Source: Eubacteriales bacterium (GTDB lineage: Bacteria > Bacillota > Clostridia > Oscillospirales > CAG-382). From it: a stretch of DNA of 64,000 bases. Below the pieces are notes generated by a model. The model saw only the letters and a program-made list of their open reading frames with translations, searched no databases and was not told the DNA's origin. The stretch lies in contig JAZNUB010000041.1 of assembly GCA_045592105.1 (NCBI GenBank), positions 20,517 to 84,516 of the forward strand, written 5' to 3'. Positions 25,791-35,317 of the stretch are shown here, one piece after another. Each line of letters opens with the position of its first letter. Positions within the stretch are counted from its first letter, which is position 1. The position numbers and the translations under genes were made by a program.

Positions 25791-26651
25791 ATGAAAGCGT
25801 TGCTAAAAACAGAGCTTGCAAAAGCCTTAAAAAACAAGTATTTTATAATAACTTTGATTATAGCATCCGTTATTTGCGTTTTAGGTGCTATAAACAGAAT
25901 TAATGAGTACAACGTTATGTTAGACTACATAAAAGCAGACAAAGCCGCCCACGGTGGCGAAATATTTAAAAACCCATATTTACCGGCAGACTCTTTGTTT
26001 ACATATTGGATAGGCGGGGAGTATTCTTCTTTGTATTTTTCGCTTTACTATTTGCTAATACCTTTGTTTGCTGCTTTTCCTTACGGATGGTCTTATTTTA
26101 TGGAGCGTAAAAAAGGGTATATAAAAAATGTTTTCACAAGGACTGACAAGAAGAACTACTTTTTATCAAAGTATATAGCTGTGTTTGTAGCAGGTGGGCT
26201 TGCTGTAGTACTGCCGCTTTTGCTTAACTTCCTTTTAACCTCCTGTTTTATTCCTGCAAGAACGCCCGACGTGTTGTATGACACGTATACCGGTGTAGGC
26301 TTTTTGCAAATGTGGTCGTCTTTATACTACACCCATCCATTTATTTACGTAGGCTTGTATATGCTGCTTAGTTTTGTCTTTGGCGGCCTTATTGCAGCGC
26401 TTTGTCTTGCTATTGCCTTTTTTATCAGAAACAGAGTAGCCGTGCTTTTGCTTCCGTTCTTCCTTATGCTAGGCTTGAATTTTGCAAATACATATTCAAA
26501 CACTTGGGAACTTTCTCCCCTTAACTTTTTGCATCCTGCAAGTGTAGTAAACATTACAAACGGATGGATTGTACTTATAGAAGGTATTTTGCTGTTTGTC
26601 ATAAGCTTTGGCATTACAATGTGGAGAGGTCAAAAGGATGATGTTTTTTAA
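25791..26651 (+). CDS. ABC-2-type permease-like membrane protein
   Basis: 286 aa, about 6 TM helices, directly upstream of a second permease and an ABC ATPase. Confidence 0.65.
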   Translation: MKALLKTELAKALKNKYFIITLIIASVICVLGAINRINEYNVMLDYIKADKAAHGGEIFKNPYLPADSLFTYWIGGEYSSLYFSLYYLLIPLFAAFPYGWSYFMERKKGYIKNVFTRTDKKNYFLSKYIAVFVAGGLAVVLPLLLNFLLTSCFIPARTPDVLYDTYTGVGFLQMWSSLYYTHPFIYVGLYMLLSFVFGGLIAALCLAIAFFIRNRVAVLLLPFFLMLGLNFANTYSNTWELSPLNFLHPASVVNITNGWIVLIEGILLFVISFGITMWRGQKDDVF

Positions 26652-27498
26652 GACCACCTATTTTGATATAAAAAACTTTTTAAGGCAAGAGTGGAAAAAG
26701 CTTTTGGTTGTTCCATTAGGCTTTTTACTCCTTTGTTTTACGTTCTATTTTCAATACGTTAAAAACACTATGCCTCAGAATATATCAGGTAGCTTTGGGG
26801 ACTATTGGCTTTACATTTTTGGCGGAATGAAGGAGTATATCCCAAGCCCCCTTGAATCCTTTAAGTTTCCTGTGTTTTGGATGGTTTTGTTTTTGTATCT
26901 GTTTTACGTTACGCTGTACTATCCCTATAACGATTTGTTGGGTTACGGTCAAAATGTGCTCGTGCGCTCCCGTGGGCGATTTAATTGGTGGCTTTCAAAA
27001 TGCATGTGGAACGTTTTTACGGTGCTTTCGTTCTTTTTGATAGGCGTTGTAACGGTAGCACTGTTTTGCGCCATAACGGGCGGCGTTTTCAGTTTTAAGA
27101 TATCTCCTAATATGTATACCGAGGTTTTCAGCCTTGGCGAGGGTGGAATATTATTTGAGCCTGTTCCCCCAAAATACCCTGCATACATAACGGGTGCGCT
27201 TATAGGCTTACCGATACTAACGGCCATAGCTATAAGTCAGCTTCAAATGCTCGTTTCTCTATGGCTTCGCCCAATCTTCAGCTTTTGCGTAACTGCGGCG
27301 GTACTTGTAGCATCGGCATATTATGTAAGCCCCTTTATGATAGGTAATTACGCTATGCCTATCCGTTGTGATGCGGTTATTTCAAACGGTGTTTCCCCTG
27401 TGACGGGTGTAATTACGCTATCCGTAATAATTATCGTTTGTATAATCGTTGGTGGCATAGCCTTTAAGCACTATGACATTATCAATAAGGAGAACTAA
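26638..27498 (+). CDS. second permease-like membrane protein
   Basis: Start moved to MMFFKTTYFD (AAAAGG RBS, 14-nt overlap with the preceding gene). Multi-TM, 286 aa. Confidence 0.6.
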   Translation: MMFFKTTYFDIKNFLRQEWKKLLVVPLGFLLLCFTFYFQYVKNTMPQNISGSFGDYWLYIFGGMKEYIPSPLESFKFPVFWMVLFLYLFYVTLYYPYNDLLGYGQNVLVRSRGRFNWWLSKCMWNVFTVLSFFLIGVVTVALFCAITGGVFSFKISPNMYTEVFSLGEGGILFEPVPPKYPAYITGALIGLPILTAIAISQLQMLVSLWLRPIFSFCVTAAVLVASAYYVSPFMIGNYAMPIRCDAVISNGVSPVTGVITLSVIIIVCIIVGGIAFKHYDIINKEN

Positions 27499-27499
27499 A

Positions 27500-28153
27500 A
27501 TGGCAAAAATTATATGTAAAGATCTTGTTAAGGATATAAAAGGTCACCGCGTTATAGACGGTATAAGCCTTGAGCTTTCATCGGGTAAAATAGTTGGCTT
27601 TAAGGGAATAAACGGCTCCGGCAAAACTATGCTTATGCGTCTGCTTTCGGGACTTATCGGTATAAGCTCCGGCAGTATCACCATAGACGGCAAGGAGCTG
27701 GGCAAGGATATTACCTTTCCGCCAAGTCTTGGTATACTTATAGAAAATCCTGCCTTTTTGGATAGCTATACAGGCTTTCAAAACCTCAAAATGTTAGCCG
27801 CTATAAAAGGGGAAGCAAGTGACGAAAAAATAGCAGAAACCATAGCTCTCGTAGGGCTTGACCCTACGGATAAGAAAAAATACCGCAAGTATTCCTTGGG
27901 CATGAAACAACGCCTTGGTATTGCGGCGGCAGTTATGGAAAGCCCCGAGATTATCATATTGGACGAGCCGACAAACGCCCTTGATTCAAGCGGTATAGAC
28001 ACGCTAAAGGCAATACTGCAAAAGGAAAAGGAGCGTGGCGCACTTATAGTTATTTCCTGCCACGACCTTGCGATTTTAAAGGAGCTGTCGGACGAGATAT
28101 TCGTTTTGGAAACAGGCAAGGTGGTAGAGCACATTGCTGACGTAAAGGAGTGA
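27500..28153 (+). CDS. ABC transporter ATP-binding protein
   Basis: Start at MAKIICKDL. Walker A GINGSGKT, signature YSLGMKQRL, Walker B IIILDEPT. Confidence 0.9.
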   Translation: MAKIICKDLVKDIKGHRVIDGISLELSSGKIVGFKGINGSGKTMLMRLLSGLIGISSGSITIDGKELGKDITFPPSLGILIENPAFLDSYTGFQNLKMLAAIKGEASDEKIAETIALVGLDPTDKKKYRKYSLGMKQRLGIAAAVMESPEIIILDEPTNALDSSGIDTLKAILQKEKERGALIVISCHDLAILKELSDEIFVLETGKVVEHIADVKE

Positions 28154-28785
28154 GCAAGGTGAAAAGGAAAACGGTTAAACGCATTATAATAGTTTTGCTT
28201 ATAATAGCAATATTCAGCACTTGGGGCGTAGGTTTTTATACTGTAAACAGTCAAAGTGACAAGCAGGTAGTTAAAATATATAACACGGGTGATACCGTAG
28301 CAATAGGCGACAACTTTTGCCAAACTGCAAACGAAGATAGCAATGGATACGAGTTCACGGTGATTGGCGGAACGGTAAAAACCACAGAACAATTTTTAAA
28401 AGATAACGGCAAAGAGCCCGATTATTTACATAAATTAAACCCTAAAGGCTTTGTTCCCAGCTACGTTTATCTTTTAGAGGTAAAAGTGCGCAACGTGGGC
28501 AACACAAACCAAAAGGGCTTTTCCCTCGTTGGAATGCCGCTCGTTACTTCTAACCTACAGCTTCAGGTACATGATGCTATGTTTGATATACTGTATCCTA
28601 AGCTTGCCGGATTTTACGGCTTTGCAGTAAGGCCCGATACGGAAATGATAATGTACTTGCCCTATGCCGCAACAAAAAGCATAGACAAATACTGTAACTA
28701 TGATTATTTAACATCTGAGCAGTTTAGCTTTGTTATTTCCTGGTTTCCCGAGGAAATTAGAATTAAGGTTGAAACAAGCGTTTGA
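28150..28785 (+). CDS. N-terminally anchored extracytoplasmic protein
   Basis: GTG start overlapping the ATPase stop codon. One TM helix IIIVLLIIAIFSTWGVGFY, then a beta-rich domain. Function unknown. Confidence 0.55.
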   Translation: MSKVKRKTVKRIIIVLLIIAIFSTWGVGFYTVNSQSDKQVVKIYNTGDTVAIGDNFCQTANEDSNGYEFTVIGGTVKTTEQFLKDNGKEPDYLHKLNPKGFVPSYVYLLEVKVRNVGNTNQKGFSLVGMPLVTSNLQLQVHDAMFDILYPKLAGFYGFAVRPDTEMIMYLPYAATKSIDKYCNYDYLTSEQFSFVISWFPEEIRIKVETSV

Positions 28786-28837
28786 TAAGAGGGAGAGCAG
28801 GTACAATGGTACTTATACTGTTAGAAAGGGAAAATAT

Positions 28838-29701
28838 ATGAAAAAAACTTTATGTCTCGTCACAACGTTTGTTATAATAATTGCATTCGCTTCTTGCAGT
28901 GGAAACGGTGCTAACAATAATGCCTCGCAAGACATTACAAGCAAAAATGAAATTTCCAAAACTCATAGTTCTACAGAAGATGATTTTTCTGTTATGGATA
29001 CGCGTTCCGAAGATGATTATACTTCACAACTGACCCAGTCGGAAATTGATGATAGTTATGATACATCAGAACCTGATGACAACTCCATTGTTTCCGAATC
29101 GGATAACAGTTCAGTCGTTCCTGAACCTGATGACAGTTCTGTTGTTTCTGAGCCTGATGATAGTTCTGTTGTTTCAGAACCCAATGATAGCTCTGCTCCC
29201 TCTGAACCGGATACAAGTATTGATACACCGCCTATAACCGTAAACAGCTCGCCGGCGGATATATTTAGTGCTGTTTCAAGTAATAATAACATTCTTTCGT
29301 TAAACACAATAATGACATCGATCATCAAGAATTATTTGAACGGACAAGACGTTTTGTATATCCGCAGTTTTTCCTCGGGAGATTCAAAGCTTTTTGATCT
29401 TGCGGTAACAGATACCTCTGTTATTGACGGTGCTATATGCGTTGAGCCTTATGAAGGGCCTATAGAGTATTGCTGTTACTTAATCAAATTGAAAAACGGC
29501 GTGGACAAGGACAGCATAAAAGCGGAAGTTTTGTCTTCCATGGACAAAAATCGTTGGGGTTGTATTACCGCCGAAAAAGCCATTGTTATTGATAGCGGAA
29601 ACATTTTGCTTGCTATTATGGCGAGCAAGGCTGAAACCGATGCATACGCAAAGGCTTTTGAGTCAGTAATGGGCAGCGCCGGTACGGTTTTGTCTAAATA
29701 A
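28838..29701 (+). CDS. lipoprotein with acidic 9-aa tandem repeats and a DUF4358-like C-terminal domain
   Basis: Start moved to MKKTLCLVTTFVIIIAFASC. Contains SEPDDNSIV/SESDNSSVV/PEPDDSSVV/SEPDDSSVV/SEPNDSSAP repeats. The DUF4358 call rests on its common association with MBOAT/DHHW genes in Clostridia. Confidence 0.6.
   Translation: MKKTLCLVTTFVIIIAFASCSGNGANNNASQDITSKNEISKTHSSTEDDFSVMDTRSEDDYTSQLTQSEIDDSYDTSEPDDNSIVSESDNSSVVPEPDDSSVVSEPDDSSVVSEPNDSSAPSEPDTSIDTPPITVNSSPADIFSAVSSNNNILSLNTIMTSIIKNYLNGQDVLYIRSFSSGDSKLFDLAVTDTSVIDGAICVEPYEGPIEYCCYLIKLKNGVDKDSIKAEVLSSMDKNRWGCITAEKAIVIDSGNILLAIMASKAETDAYAKAFESVMGSAGTVLSK
29066..29218 (+). repeat. 27-bp in-frame tandem repeat (about 5.5 units)
   Basis: Encodes the SEPDDSSVV-type repeats inside the lipoprotein gene. 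Confidence 0.85.
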
Positions 29702-29705
29702 AGCT

Positions 29706-31103
29706 ATGGTTTTTTCAAGTATAAGCTTTATATATTTCTTTTTACCGGCAGTGCTTGTTTTGCACACGGTGCTTCCGAAAAGGTTTAAGAATACCTCACT
29801 TTTAATATCAAGCCTTGCGTTCTATTTTGCTTCAGAGCAGTTTTACATAGTGCTTTTATTGTTTTCTTCGGTAGTTGACTACTGCTGTGCTATGCTTATA
29901 AGCAAAGGTAGGTTGAAAAAAGCTTCTGTCACTACTTCTATAATTGTAAACCTATCATTACTCGGTGTTTTTAAGTATTTTGACTTTTTTGTGGGGAGCA
30001 TAAACGGTGCGTTCGGTATATCCATACCGCTCCTTCGCGTTGCGCTTCCTGTCGGAATAAGCTTTTACACCTTTCAAACCATGAGCTACACTTTAGACGT
30101 ATACATGGGCAGAGTTAAGGCAAGCAGAAACATTTTGAATTTTCTTACCTATGTAACGCTTTTCCCACAGCTTATAGCAGGGCCTATCGTTAGATACGAA
30201 GATGTGGAGAAGGAGCTTTGCGACAGGAAAGTAAGCCTCTCTGTGTTCGCAGAGGGTATTAGCGTTTTTGCGGTTGGACTTGCAAAGAAGGTTATTCTTT
30301 CAAACCAGCTTGCAGAGCTTGTGGAAAAGTTCAGCTCATCAAACGAACAAACGGTTTTGTTCCATTGGGTGTACATTGTTGCTTATACCCTACAGGTTTA
30401 TTTCGACTTTTCAGGATATTCGGATATGGCGGTAGGAATAGGTAAAATGTTAGGGTTCAGTTTTCCTCAAAACTTTAACTATCCTTTTATTGCTTCTACG
30501 GTTGCAGAATACTGGAGACGTTGGCATATAACTCTCGGAACGTGGTTCAGAGATTATTTGTATTTTCCTTTGGGCGGCAGCAGATGCGGTAAGATTAAAA
30601 CCGTTAGAAACATTTTTATCGTGTGGTTTTTAACGGGGCTTTGGCACGGTGCCGCTTGGAACTTTGTGCTTTGGGGCGTTTTCTTTGCCTTTGTTCTTTG
30701 TGCAGAACGATTTGTTTTTCAAAAGCTTTTGAAAAGAACACCTAAAGCTTTGAAGCATATATACGTGCTGATAACGGTAGCAATAAGTATGGTTATATTT
30801 AACGGCAACGGAATATCTGCTTCCGTAAAACAGCTTTTGGCTATGGTGGGAATAGGAGCGGATGGAGTTTTTGGCAACGAAGCGCTATACTATCTTAAAA
30901 GCTATGCGGTGGTAATTATCATTTCCGTTATAGCCGCAATACCGGTGTTTAATAGAGCAAGAGAAAAGCTTTTACAGCGCTCAAGACACTATAAGGTGGC
31001 GGAAAACCTGCTTGCTCCCATAATACCTGTCGTTTTAATTCTTGTTTCAACGGCGTATTTGGTGGACGGTTCTTTTAATCCGTTTTTGTATTTTAGGTTT
31101 TAG
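29706..31103 (+). CDS. MBOAT-family O-acyltransferase (AlgI/DltB-like)
   Basis: YWRRWHITLGTWFRDYLYFPLGG contains the conserved MBOAT His region. Multi-TM. Confidence 0.9.
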   Translation: MVFSSISFIYFFLPAVLVLHTVLPKRFKNTSLLISSLAFYFASEQFYIVLLLFSSVVDYCCAMLISKGRLKKASVTTSIIVNLSLLGVFKYFDFFVGSINGAFGISIPLLRVALPVGISFYTFQTMSYTLDVYMGRVKASRNILNFLTYVTLFPQLIAGPIVRYEDVEKELCDRKVSLSVFAEGISVFAVGLAKKVILSNQLAELVEKFSSSNEQTVLFHWVYIVAYTLQVYFDFSGYSDMAVGIGKMLGFSFPQNFNYPFIASTVAEYWRRWHITLGTWFRDYLYFPLGGSRCGKIKTVRNIFIVWFLTGLWHGAAWNFVLWGVFFAFVLCAERFVFQKLLKRTPKALKHIYVLITVAISMVIFNGNGISASVKQLLAMVGIGADGVFGNEALYYLKSYAVVIIISVIAAIPVFNRAREKLLQRSRHYKVAENLLAPIIPVVLILVSTAYLVDGSFNPFLYFRF

Positions 31104-31114
31104 GGGGTGCTGAA

Positions 31115-32203
31115 ATGACAGGAAGACTAAAAGACATTATTACAATTATACTGTTTGGTGCTATTATTTTTGGATTTTCTTTAACCACCATTTTTATGCC
31201 CAAAGAAAAGTATTCCTTTAGCGAAAGACGAGAGAACGCCACTTTCCCTACAGAAAGCATTACAGACAAGAAGTTTTACGACGGCTTTGATGCATATATG
31301 CTGGACCATTTTACTCTTCGTGAAGAGTTCCGCACCGTTAAAGCTTTAAGCCATTACTATGTTTTCGGTCACAGCGATAATAACGGAATTGCCATAATAG
31401 ACGGCAATGCGGTGAAGCTATCCGAAACCTTGGACGAAGATTCCGTAAGGTATACAGCTCGTCATATTTCCGATATACAAAAACGGTATTTATCGGGTTG
31501 CCGTGTTTTTGTTTCCCTTGTTCCGGATAAGGCGTATTTTGCATCTAAAAACGCTTTTTATCCCGGGATCGATTACAAAAAGATGCAAAAGCTTCTTATG
31601 GAAAACATAAGCGGTGCGGAATATATAGACATATTTCCTTTGCTATCATTGGAGGGCTACTATAAAACAGACCCCCATTGGAATCAAGCACGTATTTTAC
31701 CTGTGGCAAAAGAAATAGCAACAAATATGGGTGCCGAATTAAAGGATAAGTATACCGAAAAGGAGCTGTACCCCTTTTACGGTGCGTATTACGGACAGTC
31801 TGCGCTACCGCTTAAACCCGAGGATATGGTGTATTTACAAAGCGAAACCTTATCTGCTTGCAAGGTTACGGTAGTTAATTCTGCCGGAAAAAGAGAAACA
31901 ACGGTTTATGAAACAGATAAGTTTGGAAGTAAAGATTCCTACGATTTGTTTTTATCGGGTGCCGCAAACATTGTGGAAATACAAAACCCTAAAAGTACAA
32001 GCGGCAAGGAATTGATTATATTTCGTGACTCTTTCGGCAGCAGTCTTGCGCCTTTGTTGGTTGAAGCCTATGATAAGGTCACTCTTATTGATACAAGATA
32101 CATATCAATGCACATCCTTGAAAAATATGTGCGATTCAACAACCAAGACGTTTTATTTTTATATAACACGGCTCTTGTGAATAGCTCCTTTGTGTTGAAG
32201 TAA
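31115..32203 (+). CDS. DHHW-family (AlgJ/AlgX-like SGNH) protein
   Basis: N-terminal TM anchor. YKTDPHWNQ motif. Usual partner of clostridial MBOAT genes. Confidence 0.75.
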   Translation: MTGRLKDIITIILFGAIIFGFSLTTIFMPKEKYSFSERRENATFPTESITDKKFYDGFDAYMLDHFTLREEFRTVKALSHYYVFGHSDNNGIAIIDGNAVKLSETLDEDSVRYTARHISDIQKRYLSGCRVFVSLVPDKAYFASKNAFYPGIDYKKMQKLLMENISGAEYIDIFPLLSLEGYYKTDPHWNQARILPVAKEIATNMGAELKDKYTEKELYPFYGAYYGQSALPLKPEDMVYLQSETLSACKVTVVNSAGKRETTVYETDKFGSKDSYDLFLSGAANIVEIQNPKSTSGKELIIFRDSFGSSLAPLLVEAYDKVTLIDTRYISMHILEKYVRFNNQDVLFLYNTALVNSSFVLK

Positions 32204-32265
32204 TACAATAATTATGGGGCTGTCTCAAATTGAAATTTTGAGATGAAACCATATACAAAAGTAAC

Positions 32266-32304
32266 AAAAAATCAAGGGCAGTCAAATAACGCCCTTGATT
32301 TTTT
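32266..32304. terminator. bidirectional rho-independent terminator
   Basis: An A run, atcaagggc (32271-32279) pairing with gcccttgat (32291-32299), then a T run. Confidence 0.8.
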
Positions 32305-32553
32305 GTTAAGGTTGCACATAGCGTTCACAATTTGTTAATGCTATGAGACAGCCCCACATATTTTCAAACACACTTCGTTTTGGAGTGTGTTTTGTTTTTT
32401 ACTTGCCAAAATGAATCCCGTATCAAATATTTTCTGCGTAAATTTCGCAAAGGTAAAGGAGGAATAGCACTGTGAGCAAATAAAACGTCAGCAAGCTTCA
32501 CATTGTGTACTGACCTGTTGCGAGAAATAAATTCAGAAAGGATTTGATACACA

Positions 32554-33729
32554 ATGGGAAAGGAACAAGGAAAAGCGTTCTTCTACAACGGATCGTGGTA
32601 TCACAGAACGAAAATACTTCGAAATGATTTTACTGTCGGGTACAGTAAGAAGGGCGGCTTTGCCACCGAGAAAGAAGCATTGGAAAGCAATGCGCTGATG
32701 GAGGCAGAATTTGAGGCAAAGCAAAAAGCTTTGAGTGTGAAAAACCGCACAAGTATAACCTTAGTGGATTATCTTGCTTATTGGTTCTATCAGGTGGAGG
32801 TGCCGAGAATCTCATCGTCAACACGGATGGTGTGGGAGATCGTGTTTACGGACATTCTGAAACCGCATATAACGGATATCAAGCTGGCACATTGTACGGT
32901 TGAGTATTACGACACGCTGCTTGAAACGGCATCGGCTTATTCTCAGTCTGCCGGCAACAAAGCAAGGGAGTTTTTGTACAACGCCCTTAAAACGGCGGTA
33001 AATGACGGCTATCTGCAAAGCAATCCGATTGAGAATACAAAACGATATCCACGTGATAAGCCTAAGATTACTATTCTCTCAAAAGCAGAGCTTAAAAAGC
33101 TGATGGTTGAAGTCAGCAAGTCAAATTGGCTACTTGAAGTAATGTTAGCGTTATTTTGCGGCTTGCGTAAGGGTGAAATCTACGGACTAAAGTTTTCGGA
33201 TTTTGATATGGAACAGGAAACCGTCAAAATTCAAAGACAGGTGACGCAGGAATATCATTTCAACGAGGAGGGTAAGAGAATCGGTCAGAAGCCCTCTGAA
33301 AAGCCGCCAAAGACCGAGAACAGCTATCGTACACTCCGTGTGCCGTCTGTTATTATTGCAGAGTTGAAGAACCGTAAAAAACTGATAGAAGCCAACAAGG
33401 AGAAAATGGGGGATGCGTACATTGACAACGATTATATTTGCTGTCAGAAGAACGGCGAATCCTCCAGTATGTCCGCTATCAATATTGCACTCAACAAGGC
33501 TTGTAAGAAAAGCGGTGTCCGTCAGGTATCGGTACATTCCTTCCGTCATATTTATGCAACCGTTCTGTTGGAACGGGGTGTGCCGTTGGCAAAGATATCC
33601 GCCCTGCTCGGTCACAGTTCCATTCATACGACCTTTGAATATTACTGCGAGGTAATCGACGAGCGTGAAAACATCAAGACCTATATTGATGAGACCTTCT
33701 CGGTCGAGGAGGATCAGGATGGCATTTGA
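32554..33729 (+). CDS. tyrosine integrase (phage-integrase family with N-terminal arm-binding-type domain)
   Basis: FCGLRKGEIYGL (R), HSFRHIYATVLL (HxxR), LLGHSSIHTTFEYYCEV (H...Y). N-terminal FFYNGSWYHRTK...GYSKKGGFATEKEA is typical of the Tn916-like Int N-domain. Confidence 0.9.
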   Translation: MGKEQGKAFFYNGSWYHRTKILRNDFTVGYSKKGGFATEKEALESNALMEAEFEAKQKALSVKNRTSITLVDYLAYWFYQVEVPRISSSTRMVWEIVFTDILKPHITDIKLAHCTVEYYDTLLETASAYSQSAGNKAREFLYNALKTAVNDGYLQSNPIENTKRYPRDKPKITILSKAELKKLMVEVSKSNWLLEVMLALFCGLRKGEIYGLKFSDFDMEQETVKIQRQVTQEYHFNEEGKRIGQKPSEKPPKTENSYRTLRVPSVIIAELKNRKKLIEANKEKMGDAYIDNDYICCQKNGESSSMSAINIALNKACKKSGVRQVSVHSFRHIYATVLLERGVPLAKISALLGHSSIHTTFEYYCEVIDERENIKTYIDETFSVEEDQDGI

Positions 33730-35058
33730 GAGCTATGTGGATTGGAAAATAAGTGATGCGCTGAAAATCAAGGATAAATACGGCTACAGAGTCACGCTCA
33801 TTTTTGCAGACGGAACCAAAAAGGTGCAGCAAAAGAGTGGCTTTAAGAGTGAACGTGAATGCAAAAAGGCGAGGAATGCCACAGTTGCCAAGCTGTATAA
33901 CGGCAGTTATATTGTAAACGAAGATATCACCCTGAAGGAGTTTTTTGAATGTTGGGTAAATGATGTTGTTGTAAAAATGAAAGCCAGTACCTATCGTGGA
34001 TTTACGTACATTATCCGCAACAACATCAATCCCAAAATCGGCAATATTAATCTTGCAGAGTAACAAAAGGACACTTGACTGCCTTTTATACCGAGCTTTG
34101 CAACAGCTCATACGATAATGCCCGCCGTTGCCGTGTTGTCTTGAAGTTGTGCCTTCGGTACGCTGTCGGCAAAAAACTGATTCCCGAAAGTCCTGCAGAG
34201 AATCTTCTGCTTCCAAAGCAGAACAAAAAGAAAACGGAGTATCACACCATAACCATTAAACCGGAGCAGACACTTACGGCTGAGCAGTTGAAATTACTGA
34301 TTGATAAAAGCAAGGACACGCCGATTTATCTGTTTATCCTGTTTGCCGGTCTTATGGGTATGCGTAAAGGTGAGATCATTGGTCTTAAATATTCCGACAT
34401 TGATTATGCAAAGCAGACCATTACCGTTCAGCGGCAGTTGGGTGAGGAAATCGTTGTTGATCCCGAAACATCGGAGCATAAGATTTTGAAGAAACAGGAA
34501 ATCACAACGAAAACCAAATCCAGTACACGAGTGCTGGATATTCCCGACATCGTTTTCAATGCGATTATAGAGGAACGCAAGAAGTATGAAGCCAACCGCA
34601 GACGAAGATCGACTACATTTCAGGATTTGGATTTTATAGTTTGCTCGTCCTACGGCAGACCGAGAAGTTCGGGTTATGCATCACCGCTGTATAAAAAGCT
34701 CCTGCGTGAAAACGGTTTGCCGGACATACGCTTTCACGACCTGCGGCACACCTTTGCAACGCTATTGCTGAAAAAAGACATTGATCTGAAGGCAATATCC
34801 AATGCGCTCGGTCATTCCAAAAGCATTATTTCGGTGGATGTATACGGCGATAATCAACAGATCATTGCCGACGGAGTAGAGGAAATCATTCCTTTCATCC
34901 ATGAGATAATGCCCGAGGACGTGCTTGCACATTTGGAGGAAGGGCAGGAAAAACAGCGTGTGAATTTCGAACCGGATATCTGTTTTCCGAACGAGCTTGC
35001 TGATGACATTATGCAGGATGTGATGAATAATCGAGCATCCTGCGGGAAAGATAATTAA
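33719..35058 (+). pseudogene. second tyrosine integrase, interrupted by a 1-nt frameshift near 34058-34062
   Basis: The ATG at 33719 overlaps the first integrase's stop codon. Frame 2 ends ...KIGNINLAE* at 34063. The adjacent frame continues VTKGHLTAFYTEL... and carries GMRKGEIIGL, HDLRHTFATLLL and ALGHSKSIISVDVYGD. Restoring one g in gcagag-taac would fuse the frames. Confidence 0.75.
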
Positions 35059-35317
35059 CGGAACAAAAGAGGGCGGTTTTTGGATTTTTGTAAAAAAGTC
35101 CGCCGTCCTCTTTTATTTTATCTAAAAGTGTGATATAATGTTATATTGAAGATTTTTGTCATTCACCCAGTTCGTGCAGTTCGCACTTTCCGTTAAAATG
35201 ACCTGATTCGTCATCAGCCATTTTTGGGCGGTTTTTGAGCGGAAACGGAATATGCGCTTTTGACGAATTTTGGGCTTATAGAAGCGATACTAAATCCCCA
35301 GAAAAGGAGGTTTTACC

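Larger units (their letters stand above)
7126..35317. mobile_element. mosaic integrated island (~28 kb) inserted in the uvrB 5' region
   Basis: Bounded by directly repeated uvrB 5' segments. Ends with tyrosine integrase genes next to the replacement uvrB 5' end. Contains an excisionase-like gene and foreign, partly very AT-rich cargo. Exact crossover is probably within 7067-7094 / 35532-35559. Confidence 0.8.

Noticed and set aside
29066-29218. Regularly spaced 27-bp repeats that could look like a small CRISPR-like or satellite array.
   Set aside because: The repeats are contiguous with no spacers, in frame, and encode an acidic SEPDDSSVV linker inside a lipoprotein gene.
35100-35317. SOS (LexA/Cheo box CGAAC-N4-GTTCG) operator upstream of either uvrB start.
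   Set aside because: Only direct gttcg repeats (agttcgtgcagttcgc) are present, not the palindromic Cheo box. The native upstream region (6760-6852) has none either. I read these motifs as integrase arm sites instead.
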